From: Clostridia bacterium
GTDB taxonomy: Bacteria; Bacillota; Sulfobacillia; SLMV01
DNA length: 57,366 nt
Reading direction: 5' to 3'
Assembly (NCBI GenBank): GCA_003566675.1
Contig: PXCI01000054.1
Location: 1 to 57,366, forward strand
The number at the start of each line of letters is the position of its first letter. The stretch's first letter is position 1. The translations under genes and the position numbers were made by a program. This document shows, one piece after another, positions 27,310 to 39,393 of the stretch. Below the pieces are notes generated by a model that saw only the letters and a list, made by a program, of their open reading frames with translations, did no database searches and was not told where the DNA came from.

Positions 27310-28242
27310 TCAACCCGAGCGTTTCAGGAAAGCTGTCATGCAGTGAAGCGCTCCCCATCCCTTCTTGATCTCACTGATGTCAATCTCAGTAACCTCCACG
27401 CCCTCGGACTCGAGGGCCGCCTTGGTCAATGGATTTCCGGCCGGCAGAAGAACGCTTCCAGGCCCCAACACCACCAGGTTGATTGCTGACCCCTCCTTGG
27501 CCTCCTGGATGGAAGGCGCCTCTATGACCTTGATCCCGCGATTCACCAGGGCGCGCCACACATCGTAGGGAGTCTGCCAGGGGAACATGATGGCCAGCTT
27601 GTGGTCGACCATGTTCATAAGCCCGTCCACATGGGCATGCCCGTAGGGAATCGGGAAGGGGATGATGTGCTCAACACCCATACCCCGCAGGGTCTCTTCT
27701 ACCTGCCGTGCGCCCTCGGGATTGCACCGAACGCCGGTACCCAGAATCACTGTCCTCCGATCAACCCACATTGCACAGGCTCCCTCGAAGGTCCCGGTTC
27801 CCGTCACGGTGCGCACGATGGGCACACCCAGGTCGGCCAGGGTTGCAGCAGCATAGCGCTCCTCTCCCCGACGGCAGGCTATGGCCGGCCGTCCCACGAT
27901 TGCACCTTCTGGAGTCATAAACACGAGATCGCGCATGAAGAGGGCGTTGGGGCGATCTCCGCGCATCTTCTGCACGTAGTGGACCTCTGCCCCAGCCTCG
28001 CGGTATATGCGAGCCATCTCATCGTGCTGTGCCCGTGCAATCTCCGGGTCCATTACCGCAGTCCAGCGCCAGTCGGCCGGATCTCCAATATCCTCAATCT
28101 CAGCGCCCGGACGCCGAAGCAGAACAGCTTCTAACTGGCCACACTCGGATGCCACTCCCCAGTCTCCCCAGTACCGGGATATCTCTTCTTCAAAGGGAGT
28201 CTCCACGGCGAACCACTTTTCTTCTTTCTCACCATATTCCAC
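27310..28242 (-). CDS. Amidinotransferase/DDAH/arginine deiminase (pentein) family enzyme
   Basis: SE.G.L..VL..RPG.E, FMRD, R.GE, FEG, HVD, G.GALHCMT catalytic Cys. Confidence 0.9.
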   Translation of the reverse strand: MEYGEKEEKWFAVETPFEEEISRYWGDWGVASECGQLEAVLLRRPGAEIEDIGDPADWRWTAVMDPEIARAQHDEMARIYREAGAEVHYVQKMRGDRPNALFMRDLVFMTPEGAIVGRPAIACRRGEERYAAATLADLGVPIVRTVTGTGTFEGACAMWVDRRTVILGTGVRCNPEGARQVEETLRGMGVEHIIPFPIPYGHAHVDGLMNMVDHKLAIMFPWQTPYDVWRALVNRGIKVIEAPSIQEAKEGSAINLVVLGPGSVLLPAGNPLTKAALESEGVEVTEIDISEIKKGWGALHCMTAFLKRSG

Positions 28243-28303
28243 AATTATCTCTCCCAACTGTCTTGTAGATAGCGTTTAGGGCCACGCTTACTTCACTTAG
28301 AGA

Positions 28304-28394
28304 TTTTCAGCACAAGATGACGGTTTTCCTGCATCGGCTCCCATGCGGACTGCTGGCGTCCTCGCTGGAAGGAATGTCAGAACGTTGGGAGAAT
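28304..28394. promoter_or_regulatory. Back-to-back sigmaH-like promoters
   Basis: Plus: GAAGGAATG-11-GGAGAAT (28368-28394); minus: GCAGGAAAA-12-GCTGAAA (28332-28305). Confidence 0.55.
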
Positions 28395-28426
28395 AGATTA
28401 AGGAAACCCGACTTGGAGGCAATAAC

Positions 28427-30091
28427 ATGAGCCAGAACATCTCAATGGCCTTTGACAGGTTCTACACCTACGATGAGTTGACCCACTTCCTGGAAGAAGC
28501 ATGCGTGGCTCACCCAAATCTTACCCACCTCGAATCCATCGGCAAGTCCTACGAAGACCGGGATCTATGGGCGGTCACCGTCACCAACTTCAACACGGGA
28601 CCTGCGGAGGACAAGCCCGCCATGTACATCGACGCCAACATCCACGCCGGCGAGGTCACCGGCTGTGCGGTCTGCATGTACACCCTGCAGTATCTTCTGA
28701 ACAACTACGGCGAAGACGACCGGGTGACCGAGCTGCTCGACACCCGGACTTTTTACATTCTTCCGCGGGTCAACCCCGACGGGGCAGAACTATATCTGAC
28801 CTCGACTGACATGCTCAGAAGCAGTGTCAGGCCCAACCCGGACTTCGAGCTCAAAGACAATCACCTGTATGCTGAAGACGTAACGGGAGACGGTGAGATC
28901 CTGACCATGCGGGTGAGGGATCCAAATGGGACTCACAAGGTATCCGAAGAAGATCCCCGCCTGATGCTGCCGCGAAAACCCGATGACATCGGTGGAAATT
29001 ACTACAACGTGCTCCCCGAGGGAACCATCCACAACTACGATGGCGGACCGATTGAGATCGGTCCTCGGAGGTGGGATCTCGACATCAACCGCAATTTCCC
29101 GGCAGACTGGAAGCCCACCCAGGCTGGGGGTGGCCGCTACCCGCTCTCGGAGCCCGAGACTCGTGCCATGGTGGACTTCATCCTCGGTCACAAGAACATC
29201 GCCACCGTGCAGGCCTATCACACCTTTGCGGGGATCATCCTTCGCCCCTCGTGCACCCGGCCCGACGACCAGCTGGACAAAGACGACATACTTGCCTTTG
29301 AGAGCATTGGTGAACTCGGAACCCAGACCACGGATTATCCGGTCAAGTCCGTGTACCACGGTTTCACTCGTGACAAAGGCATGGCCCGCCACGGCGTCTT
29401 CATAGACTGGGTCTACGAAAACCTGGGCATTCTCGGCTACACCACAGAACTATGGGACAAGTACGGCCGAGCAGGCATCACCCGAGAGGATATGACTTTC
29501 GGCAAACCGGTCCCGGAAGAGCAGATGTTGAAGCTCTTTGCGTGGCATGATGAAGAGGAACTCGATGCTTTCGTCCCCTGGGAAGAGGTGGACCATCCCC
29601 AGCTGGGCAAGGTTGAGGTCGGAGGCTTCAAGCAGAAGACTTTCCAGCAGAACACCCACTTCAAGTTCCTCGAAGACGAGTGCCACAAGAACACCGTTTT
29701 CAGCCTGCAGCAAGCCCTGGCAACGCCCTGCCTGGCGCTACTTGAAACTCAAGTCACTGAAGTGGAACCTGGCCTGTTGAAAATCACGGCAGACATCATG
29801 AATACCGGCTATCTGCCCACCAACATCACGGCCCACGCACTCAAGATTGAGAGCGTAAAGCCCGTTGAGGTCGTTCTGGACGGTGAGGGGCTCACCGTTC
29901 TTGATGGGGACGCCCGACGAGAATTGGGACAGTTCGACGGTTACATGAAGGCTGCCGATGGATACTACATGGCCCCTCCCTCCAACCTCAGGAGAGTTAC
30001 CTGGCTTGTGAAGAAGGGGTCGGCCTCAAGTGCCACTGTGACGGTAGAATCCGAACGAGCCGGAACGGTGCAGACCACCGTGGAATTGTAG
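28427..30091 (+). CDS. M14 zinc carboxypeptidase
   Basis: IHAGE, NPDG, DINRNFP, SEPET, YHT, FIDW.YE, TTELW. Confidence 0.93.
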   Translation: MSQNISMAFDRFYTYDELTHFLEEACVAHPNLTHLESIGKSYEDRDLWAVTVTNFNTGPAEDKPAMYIDANIHAGEVTGCAVCMYTLQYLLNNYGEDDRVTELLDTRTFYILPRVNPDGAELYLTSTDMLRSSVRPNPDFELKDNHLYAEDVTGDGEILTMRVRDPNGTHKVSEEDPRLMLPRKPDDIGGNYYNVLPEGTIHNYDGGPIEIGPRRWDLDINRNFPADWKPTQAGGGRYPLSEPETRAMVDFILGHKNIATVQAYHTFAGIILRPSCTRPDDQLDKDDILAFESIGELGTQTTDYPVKSVYHGFTRDKGMARHGVFIDWVYENLGILGYTTELWDKYGRAGITREDMTFGKPVPEEQMLKLFAWHDEEELDAFVPWEEVDHPQLGKVEVGGFKQKTFQQNTHFKFLEDECHKNTVFSLQQALATPCLALLETQVTEVEPGLLKITADIMNTGYLPTNITAHALKIESVKPVEVVLDGEGLTVLDGDARRELGQFDGYMKAADGYYMAPPSNLRRVTWLVKKGSASSATVTVESERAGTVQTTVEL

Positions 30092-30104
30092 GATCAACCG
30101 ATCT

Positions 30105-30133
30105 TCCTGGGCCCCGTGTCACGGGGCCCAGGA
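30105..30133. terminator. Hairpin between convergent genes
   Basis: TCCTGGGCCCCGT-gtc-ACGGGGCCCAGGA perfect 13-bp stem. Confidence 0.7.
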
Positions 30134-30208
30134 CATCTTCCAACGCTACTTCATTGCAAATCCCTAACCGACGTCTGCGAGCTCCACTATCTCTCGATTT
30201 CTCCGCGT

Positions 30209-31618
<1,410 letters not shown>

Positions 31619-31709
31619 TCATAAGATCCAACCGGTAACGCCGTCTGCGACCATGACAACACAGATGAAAGATCTTGACCTCAGATACACCGGGCATGTT
31701 CAGCTCGAA

Positions 31710-33320
31710 TCAGAAATCAACATCCAGCTCGAGCAGGGTAGGTCCCCCTGTATCCAGGGATTCAGCAAGGGCGGATGGCACCTCGGATGTGTCCCTCAGC
31801 CTCCGTGCGCTGACCCCGAAAGATTCGGCAAACTTCACGAAGTCGGGATTGCGCAAATCTGTGGCGATTACCCGCTCGTCACCATACCGCATCTTCTGAA
31901 ACCGCCTGACCATACCGTATGAGTTGTTATTCAGAACGAGCACCACAATGCTGAGCCCATACATCGCAGCCGTGGCCAGCTCCTGCGCAGTGAAGAGAAA
32001 ACCACCGTCGCCACAAACCGACACCACCGGACGATCCGGCATGGCAAACCGGGCACCGATTGCTGCAGGCAAGGACCACCCCAGGGTGCCAAAGCCCCTT
32101 GGGAATAAAAAGGTCCTTGGCAAGGCACAGGGGTATGCCGTCGTTGCGCGATAGCCGAGTATGGTCATGTCACAGGCCAGAAGGCCCTGGGGCGGCAGAA
32201 CACTCCGAAGAGCACCGATAATATCGCGAGCCGCCTCACCTCCCAGCCCTTCTTCTGCGTCAAGCCGGGATTTCATCTGCGAGATCTCTTCGCAGTAATG
32301 GGTTTTAGTGATGCCCCCCGCCCCGGCCAGTTTCTCGCGGATTCTCGGAAAAATCCTGTCAACGAAGTTGGCAGCATCACTTCTGATCTTGAGCTGAGGC
32401 TCATACAAGCTATCATGGGCGAAATCGTCGACATCAACCCGTATTGTATCCTCTGGAAATTCCAACTGACCGCCCCCCGTCTCCTGTGCTGCCAACTGAC
32501 TCCCCAGGATCAGGACCACATCAGCGACGGCAATAAACGCTGCCATCTTCTCGGATCGCAGGTTGCTCCCCAGGCTCAGGGGGTGATCCTCTGGGACAAT
32601 CCCTTTGCCAGCGCCCGTCATGACAACAGCGGCCTGCAGGCTCTCAGCCAATTCAACGATCTGTCCCACCCCTGATGCTCCACCACCGATCCACAACAGA
32701 GGGCGCCTGGCGCCTGCGAGCATCGTCGCTGCCCTTTCGATTTCATCATCCGAGGCCGCGTAGGGTTCAGACCAGAGCCTGCCACAAAACGTCATGTCTG
32801 CCGCCGTGGTGAGAATGTCGGCGGGAATCTCAATATGAACAGGGCGGGGACGCTGTGTACGCATGTGGTCTAAGGCATCATGTATGGCCCGGGGGACCTC
32901 TGCAGGATCCAAAATCCGCCGGTTCCACGCTGTGATGCCTGCTGTGTGACCCAGTTGATCCAGCTGCTGATGGTGTGCGCCAATGTCTCGGTCGATGTCA
33001 TCTGTCTGGCTCTGGGTGGAGATTACCAAAAGCGGAGAAGAGTCGGAAAAGGCCTGGCCCAGAGCCGTAGAGTTATTGGTCAGCCCGGGCCCCCCAATCG
33101 TCAACGATACTCCCACCTTGCCACTGGCCCTTGCGAACCCGTCGGCCATGAAACCGGCGCCGCTTTCGTGGCGGGTCACAATGTGCTGAATCTGTTCCCG
33201 GTATTCAAAAAGGCCGTCGTAGATCTCAAGATTCTGAGCACCCGGAATGCCAAAGACCGTATCGATTCCCTCATCGATGAGAGCCCTCACGACGGCCCTT
33301 CCAGCAGTCATGGTCACCAT
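31710..33320 (-). CDS. ThDP-dependent enzyme, acetolactate synthase-like (possibly 2-oxoacid decarboxylase, AruI-like)
   Basis: FGIPG, RHE.GAGFMADG.AR, GPG.TN, GFGTLG..LPAAIG, GDGGFLFT...NN; ATG 33320 after AAGGAGG. Confidence 0.88.
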   Translation of the reverse strand: MVTMTAGRAVVRALIDEGIDTVFGIPGAQNLEIYDGLFEYREQIQHIVTRHESGAGFMADGFARASGKVGVSLTIGGPGLTNNSTALGQAFSDSSPLLVISTQSQTDDIDRDIGAHHQQLDQLGHTAGITAWNRRILDPAEVPRAIHDALDHMRTQRPRPVHIEIPADILTTAADMTFCGRLWSEPYAASDDEIERAATMLAGARRPLLWIGGGASGVGQIVELAESLQAAVVMTGAGKGIVPEDHPLSLGSNLRSEKMAAFIAVADVVLILGSQLAAQETGGGQLEFPEDTIRVDVDDFAHDSLYEPQLKIRSDAANFVDRIFPRIREKLAGAGGITKTHYCEEISQMKSRLDAEEGLGGEAARDIIGALRSVLPPQGLLACDMTILGYRATTAYPCALPRTFLFPRGFGTLGWSLPAAIGARFAMPDRPVVSVCGDGGFLFTAQELATAAMYGLSIVVLVLNNNSYGMVRRFQKMRYGDERVIATDLRNPDFVKFAESFGVSARRLRDTSEVPSALAESLDTGGPTLLELDVDF

Positions 33321-33540
33321 AGTCCATTGCCTCCTTCTCTTTCTCGAACGGTCGACAGAAGAATTACAGAGGGTTGGGGCGTCGGGTGCAAAGCGGAAAC
33401 TCATCCGGCTCGATTACCGTCAACTTCCCTGTCGGCACAGACCCTCAAAGGTGGTACTCTTCCAACGTCACCGCAGATAGCCCGACACTCGGCAAATGAA
33501 TGGACAGCCCAGGGGGAAAAGTGTGTTTCCTCCACACATC

Positions 33541-33585
33541 TGAATGTATACGTTTACTGTGTACGCCTATTGTATATATACTTCA
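33541..33585. promoter_or_regulatory. Putative GntR/FadR operator array
   Basis: TGTATAC (33545), TGTGTAC (33558), TGTATAT (33571), 13-bp period, between divergent genes. Confidence 0.6.
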
Positions 33586-33636
33586 CTTAAGAGGACAGTT
33601 CCTTCCTCAAACACTGGGGGCGAGGTGATCCCATCG

Positions 33637-34311
33637 GTGACTTCATTGAGAATGCGTGTTTTTGAGGCGTTGCGTCGCGCCATCATCCAGGGGATTCTAC
33701 CCCCGGGCAGCACCATCGTCGAACAACAGGTTGCGGATGAGCTCGAAGTCAGCCGCACCCCTGTGCGAGAAGCGCTTCAGAAGCTGGAGGGACTTGGCCT
33801 GGTTCAGCGGTCGGATGGGCGCAGGCGATATGTTGTCAGGGGCTTCACGGCAAAAGACGTCGATGACATTGCCTCTGTTCGCATACTCCTGGAAGAAGCA
33901 GCGATTCTAGAATCTGCTCCTCTTCTGGGCCCAGGGGATTTTGCCCGTCTGGAACGGCTGCTGGAGGAAATGGAGCAGTCCGTCGTTGACCCCGGGAGCA
34001 GGGGCCTACACAGCACAGCACACAGGCACTTTCACCTCTACCTGGCCGAGCGGTCGGACAACCTCTACCTCGAAAAACTTGTCACATCGGTCCTGGATTA
34101 TGCAACCATGGTCTGGGAGGCGTATCAACCCAGCAGGACCCATCTGGTTTTTGCCCAGCAGAGCCACAAGGGAATCGTTGAAGCCCTTGAAGATGGTGAC
34201 TGCCAAAAAGCGCAACAGATCCTGAGACAGCACATCGAACGGTCCTTGAGTCCAACGAAGCAAATCATACAGAAGCAGGAGACACGCCGCGGCATCAGAG
34301 ATCTCTTCTGA
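33637..34311 (+). CDS. GntR-family regulator with FCD domain (start 33625 or 33637)
   Basis: LR.AI..G.L.PG...E..VA..L.VSRTPVREAL, FH..L...S.N, H..IV.AL. Confidence 0.93.
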   Translation: MTSLRMRVFEALRRAIIQGILPPGSTIVEQQVADELEVSRTPVREALQKLEGLGLVQRSDGRRRYVVRGFTAKDVDDIASVRILLEEAAILESAPLLGPGDFARLERLLEEMEQSVVDPGSRGLHSTAHRHFHLYLAERSDNLYLEKLVTSVLDYATMVWEAYQPSRTHLVFAQQSHKGIVEALEDGDCQKAQQILRQHIERSLSPTKQIIQKQETRRGIRDLF

Positions 34312-34924
34312 CAGGGAAGGCCGTCTCTGATCACACCTGGGGTGCTGACATGCCGCGAGCTGCCCTTCACAGGGATCGCGTCACGCTCGCCGCAAAGCTT
34401 CGAGCCCTGTTGAGGTCGGGCCAATCCGACCCATGTCAATGGTCCAAAAGGTACCGTATCCCAGGCAGGAGACTCGCCCAGAACTGGGATCCCACGATGC
34501 TCAGACGGCGCCTCAAAGCCGCATGATACAGGGCAGCGGCCCCCGCCCCGAAGATCATGGCCTCCCGGTTGACCGGACCCCTGCCTTCGACATACCCCGG
34601 GAAACCGGAAGGATACCTGAACGTGTAAATTCCCGAACCGAATGCAAAGCCCTCAACCTGCGAATCGCTATGCGGGACTGTAGATCTCAGCAGCCAGGAC
34701 ATCCGGTACAGCCCCTGCAGCCCTGACAATATTGCCACGATGGGGCGGGAAGGCAGACACTCGCCACATGCATCGTCGGATCACTCCAGGGACCATGGAA
34801 CAAAACTGTCGGAGCCCTATCACCCAGGACCCATCGAACACTTCCTGCATTCCATGTTAATATGGAGGTCAGCGGAAGGCAAATTCTCCGCCGCAAGATG
34901 CAACTGAGGTGGAGGGAGTGGAAA

Positions 34925-35770
34925 ATGGGGAACAAGTGGACCGCAGTAGCAATGATCCTGATGATTTCAGTCGTACTGACGGGATGTACGGTAGGTGCAG
35001 ACGTGGTCAGGGCTGTTCAGGTGGTGACCCGGGCATTTCAGACAACGGAAATCGTCGAAGAGAGCCACCGAGTCCAACCTGGTTCATCCCTTGAGATTCG
35101 CACTCATAACGGAGATGTTGTCGTGAAATCGGGTGGAGACAGGGAAGTGCACGTTCGCGCAATCAAGAGGGCTTTCGGCGCACAGGATGAGATCGATCGT
35201 ACAGAGATCGTGGTGACGACCGGGGCAATTACGACCATTGAGACCGAACCGCTAGAGGAACGTTCCCGGGTTTCGGTTGACTACGAGATAACGGTTCCTC
35301 CAGATGTCACACTGAACCATGTACAGACCTCCAACGGATTGATACGGGTGGAGGATGTCACAGGGGATGTCGTCGCCATCACTTCCAATGGAAGTATTCA
35401 TTTGGAGGGAATCGATGGCTACGTCCGAGCGACTACCAGCAATGGCAGCATCCATGTCGTCGATTGCACTGGTGTCAGGTCGAGTGTGCAAACCTCTAAC
35501 GGCAGCATCCATGTGGAAGTAGAGGAGATCGAGGGCAACCTCGAAATTCGAGCCGGGAACGGATCCATAACGGCATATCTGTCACCCTGGCTCGAGGCTG
35601 AGGTGAAAATGACCGTCTCCAACGGGAGAGTTGTCGCCGACCACAACGGATTGGTCATTGGGCAATCATCCCAGAAACAGGTCACAGGACAGATTGGTGA
35701 CCAGGCCCGACACAAAATCCTGATCCGCACCTCCAACGGAACAATCACTGTGCGGGACATCCAAGAGTAG
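34925..35770 (+). CDS. DUF4097 beta-strand-repeat lipoprotein
   Basis: Lipobox VLTGC; repeated TSNG.I.V units. Confidence 0.88.
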   Translation: MGNKWTAVAMILMISVVLTGCTVGADVVRAVQVVTRAFQTTEIVEESHRVQPGSSLEIRTHNGDVVVKSGGDREVHVRAIKRAFGAQDEIDRTEIVVTTGAITTIETEPLEERSRVSVDYEITVPPDVTLNHVQTSNGLIRVEDVTGDVVAITSNGSIHLEGIDGYVRATTSNGSIHVVDCTGVRSSVQTSNGSIHVEVEEIEGNLEIRAGNGSITAYLSPWLEAEVKMTVSNGRVVADHNGLVIGQSSQKQVTGQIGDQARHKILIRTSNGTITVRDIQE

Positions 35771-35786
35771 ACGGGGAGTTGATAGC

Positions 35787-36878
35787 ATGGTTCGAGCTGC
35801 AGTTATGCCGGGACCACACAGATCGATTGAGATCCGCGAATACGAGTATCCCACCATGGAGACGGGAAGCGTCTTGCTCCGTACCATCGCAAGCGAAGTA
35901 TGTGGAACAGACGTGCACCTATGGCACGGGCAGTTGGCCGAGGTCCCCTACCCAATCATACCCGGCCACGTGAGCGTGGGAGCCATCGCCCGCATCGAGG
36001 GAGAGGTCTGCGATGTGGACGGTGTCCGCCTCGCGGAGGGGGATGTCGTGACCTTTCTCGATGTCCACGAAACTTGTGGCAGTTGCTGGTACTGTAACGT
36101 CGCAGGCACGACCACCCGCTGTCCCGAGCGCAGGGTCTATGGGATCACCTATGGCGCCGAGGAAGGTCTCCTCGGAGGTTGGTCCGAGTACATCTACCTC
36201 AAACCCGGGGTGCATATCATCAAGCTGCCGGATAATCTACCAGCGAGAACTTTCATCTCTGGCGGCTGCGGCCTCCCGACTGCTTTCCACGCAGTGCAAA
36301 GGGGCAGAATACAGATGGGTGACACCGTGGCCATTCTGGGCAGCGGTCCCGTCGGTTTGAGCGCAGTGATACTGGCACAGCTTCGAGGTGCCACCCAGGT
36401 CATCCTCCTCGGTGGGCCCGCTCACAGGTTGAATACGGGACAGAGCCTTGGAGCCGATCATGTCCTGGACATTGGTGCCATGCCCTTTGACCAGCGACTC
36501 AAAGCCGTGCAGGATCTCACAGGGGGCAGGGGAGCCGATGTGACCCTTGAGGCAGCGGGGGAGCCGGAGGCGGTTTCCCAGGCCATGGCTTTGACCCGCG
36601 ACGCCGGGACCGTCGTGATCGCCGGACAGTACACCGATGCTGGCGAAGTGTCGATTAACCCCCATACGCTGCTCAACAAGAAGCATCTGGACCTTCGGGG
36701 ATGCTGGGGTACGGACTTCAGCCACCTCTACCGTGCCATCAGGGTCATGGCCAAACACCAAAGCCGTTTCCCCTGGACTGAAATGATCAGTAAGGAATAC
36801 AGCCTGGAGGAGGCTGAGGACGCCCTGCGCGACGTGCAATCTCTATCGGTAACCAAAGCACTCATTATTCCTAATTAG
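35787..36878 (+). CDS. Zinc-dependent medium-chain alcohol dehydrogenase
   Basis: CGTDVH, PGH (GHV instead of GHE), CGSCWYC...C structural Zn, GSGPVG. Confidence 0.92.
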   Translation: MVRAAVMPGPHRSIEIREYEYPTMETGSVLLRTIASEVCGTDVHLWHGQLAEVPYPIIPGHVSVGAIARIEGEVCDVDGVRLAEGDVVTFLDVHETCGSCWYCNVAGTTTRCPERRVYGITYGAEEGLLGGWSEYIYLKPGVHIIKLPDNLPARTFISGGCGLPTAFHAVQRGRIQMGDTVAILGSGPVGLSAVILAQLRGATQVILLGGPAHRLNTGQSLGADHVLDIGAMPFDQRLKAVQDLTGGRGADVTLEAAGEPEAVSQAMALTRDAGTVVIAGQYTDAGEVSINPHTLLNKKHLDLRGCWGTDFSHLYRAIRVMAKHQSRFPWTEMISKEYSLEEAEDALRDVQSLSVTKALIIPN

Positions 36879-36907
36879 GGGCACCATCAGAGGAGGAGGG
36901 AGCCACC

Positions 36908-37621
36908 ATGCGGGCGGACACGAGCATCCTGATTGTAGATGATGAAAGCAGCTTCGTTGAGGGCCTGACGGCCAACCTTGAACGTGAGGGTTACAGTGCT
37001 GTTACAGCTGCAGATGGCGAGGCCGCCCTGGCCCGATTTCGGGAAGCCCAGATAGACCTGGTACTGCTTGATCTGATGCTGCCCGGCATCGACGGTATGG
37101 AAGTGTGTAGCCGCATCCGCCGAGACTCCACGGTTCCCATCATCATGCTGACGGCCAAGGATGACGACATTGACAAGATCCTGGGCCTGGAGGTCGGCGC
37201 AGATGACTACATCACCAAACCTTTTAACTTCCGGGAGCTCCTGGCACGCATCAAAGCTGTCATGAGACGTGCCAACCCCGAGCCAGAGACCGATGAATCC
37301 GGCATCCTGGACATCGCTCCAGGAATTACCCTGGACATCGAGCGCAGGACACTGTCTGGCACAGGTGGCCGGGAAGTAGCCCTGACCGTGAAGGAGTTCG
37401 CCATGATACAGATGCTGGCTCGCAATCCCGGCAGGGTCTTCAGCCGAGAGGATCTCCTGGATCGGGTCTGGGGATACGACTACTTCGGCAGTTCCAGGAC
37501 CGTTGATGTTCACGTGCGTAGGCTGCGCAAGAAGATTGAGGACCTCGACATCGTATCGGACGGATCCGAAATTATCAAGACTCGATGGGGTGCAGGATAC
37601 TTGCTTGAGACGGTCCGATAG
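36908..37621 (+). CDS. OmpR-family response regulator
   Basis: ILIVDDE, LLDLMLP, LTAK, GADDYITKPF, RTVDVHVRRLR.K, TRWGAGY. Confidence 0.96.
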   Translation: MRADTSILIVDDESSFVEGLTANLEREGYSAVTAADGEAALARFREAQIDLVLLDLMLPGIDGMEVCSRIRRDSTVPIIMLTAKDDDIDKILGLEVGADDYITKPFNFRELLARIKAVMRRANPEPETDESGILDIAPGITLDIERRTLSGTGGREVALTVKEFAMIQMLARNPGRVFSREDLLDRVWGYDYFGSSRTVDVHVRRLRKKIEDLDIVSDGSEIIKTRWGAGYLLETVR

Positions 37622-37630
37622 GGAGGCACC

Positions 37631-39055
37631 ATGACAGACCGGAGAGGGTTATCATCCCTGCGTGGGCGACTCACGATTGTCTATCTTATTCTCATCACCA
37701 CCGCCACTGCAGCCCTCGGTCTCCAGGTCTACCGGTGGACGGCTGCCGACTTCATCTCTGAGCGTCGCATTCGCCTTCTGACCGAGGCCCGCATCACTGC
37801 CGACGCGGTCTCCCCCGAACAAGATGAGGCGGTGGGGAGAATCCTCGAGGGTTTTGCCCGCAGATTTGGAGGGCGGATCCTGTTTATTGACCGGGCCGAG
37901 GGGGTTCGCGCAGATAGCCTTCAATTCTCCTCACCTGAGGTGTCCCTGGTGAACGCCCAGATGGATCTTGACGAGATCCGCTCTGCCCTCGGTGGCGACG
38001 CCCAAGCATCAGTATACCAACTGTCTTCAGGCGAGTACGTCGTGTATGCTGCCGCTCCCGTGGTCCGCGCTGGCGAGATCCGAGGAGCTGTCCTGATCTC
38101 CAGTTCCCTTGCTTCCGTCATTGATACCCTATCTCTTCTAGTTCGTCGCCTTGTCCTGACGGGCTCCGGTATCGTCATCGTTTTTCTGGCTGTGACCTGG
38201 TTCATCGCCCTCCGGTTGACCTCTCCGCTGGAGGATCTCACCCGGGCAGCCCGGCGACTGGGCTCGGGAGATCTCGATTCCCGTGTGCAGGTTCGCTCCC
38301 GCGACGAAGTAGGCGACCTGGCCCAAACCTTCAACCGGATGGCTGACCAGGTGCAGGAGCACGACCTGGCGCAAAGGCAGTTCATTTCCGATGCTTCCCA
38401 CGAGCTGCGATCCCCCGTGAGCAGTGCCCTACTCCTGGTGGATGCCATCGATGCGCAGGTAAAGGGTCCACAGCGCCTCCTCGGGCGCCTGAGGGAACAG
38501 CTGGAGCGAATGGGGCGGCTGGTCAACCAACTGCTGGAGCTGGCCCGTCTGGCTGAATGGGAGGCAGCCGCACAGGAAGATGGGGAACCAGAGTACGCCG
38601 ACGTCTCTCATGTCGTCAACCGGGTTTACCGCCGCATGGAACCCGTCGCTGAATCCGAGAAGGTCCAAATGCGGCGAGACATTACGGGCAATCCTGTGGC
38701 AACCGGAGAAGAGGAGAACCTCGAGCGGATTGTCCAAAACCTTGTTGAAAACGCCATCAAATACACCCCCTCGGGGGGGACCGTGAAAATCTCTGCGGGG
38801 CATGACTCAAAGGGCCAGATCGTACTCCGCATTGCCGATGACGGAGTCGGAATCTCCTCCGACGCGTTGCCTCACATCTTCGACCGCTTCTACCGGGCCG
38901 ACCCCTCTCGCTCCCGTGAACAGGGTGGATTCGGTCTGGGGCTGGCCATTGTTCGGCGAAGAGTAGAGGCAATGGGGGGCAACGTCGAGGTGGACAGCAA
39001 ACCGGATCAGGGAACATGCTTCACCATAAAACTCCGTTCATTGTCTCACCCGTGA
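37631..39055 (+). CDS. HAMP sensor histidine kinase
   Basis: 2 TM, HAMP, DASHELRSP, NLVENAIKY, DDGVGI, FDRFYR, GFGLGL. Confidence 0.96.
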   Translation: MTDRRGLSSLRGRLTIVYLILITTATAALGLQVYRWTAADFISERRIRLLTEARITADAVSPEQDEAVGRILEGFARRFGGRILFIDRAEGVRADSLQFSSPEVSLVNAQMDLDEIRSALGGDAQASVYQLSSGEYVVYAAAPVVRAGEIRGAVLISSSLASVIDTLSLLVRRLVLTGSGIVIVFLAVTWFIALRLTSPLEDLTRAARRLGSGDLDSRVQVRSRDEVGDLAQTFNRMADQVQEHDLAQRQFISDASHELRSPVSSALLLVDAIDAQVKGPQRLLGRLREQLERMGRLVNQLLELARLAEWEAAAQEDGEPEYADVSHVVNRVYRRMEPVAESEKVQMRRDITGNPVATGEEENLERIVQNLVENAIKYTPSGGTVKISAGHDSKGQIVLRIADDGVGISSDALPHIFDRFYRADPSRSREQGGFGLGLAIVRRRVEAMGGNVEVDSKPDQGTCFTIKLRSLSHP

Positions 39056-39301
39056 GCCGACAATTGCCCCTGTAAGGGGTGTCCGTTGGATGGTGCTGAA
39101 ACCCACTTCTTCAGGCCATACCCCCCCGGGCTCTGCCCTCTCACCTTTGAATACACCTCCTGCACCTGGTGCGCACGCGACGTCTTCCCTGGACATCAGA
39201 AACCAGCAGACCCATCCGGAAGCCTGCAAGAGGCTGATGAGGCCCTAACTAGGGACCACCAAGAGGCTTTGTCCCATGCAAAACCCACGCCCCGGGACGG
39301 C

Positions 39302-39318
39302 GTAACAGTCTTTTCACA
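39302..39318 (+). promoter_or_regulatory. Possible OmpR-type tandem binding site
   Basis: GTAACA-5 nt-TTCACA (11-bp period) upstream of the GerMN gene. Confidence 0.4.
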
Positions 39319-39393
39319 CTCACGGCACGACCGTGTAGCTTCTGTGTTTTATGCTGTGACCGTAACACAATACCAGAACGCAAAGGGGTGTTG

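Noticed and set aside
34312..34860. Short ORFs between gntR and the DUF4097 gene
   Set aside because: No recognisable family or RBS; possible decayed DNA but unsupported
39220..39262. CTGATGAG plus stem as hammerhead ribozyme or fluoride riboswitch
   Set aside because: No GAAA after the stem and no 5' GATGG segment
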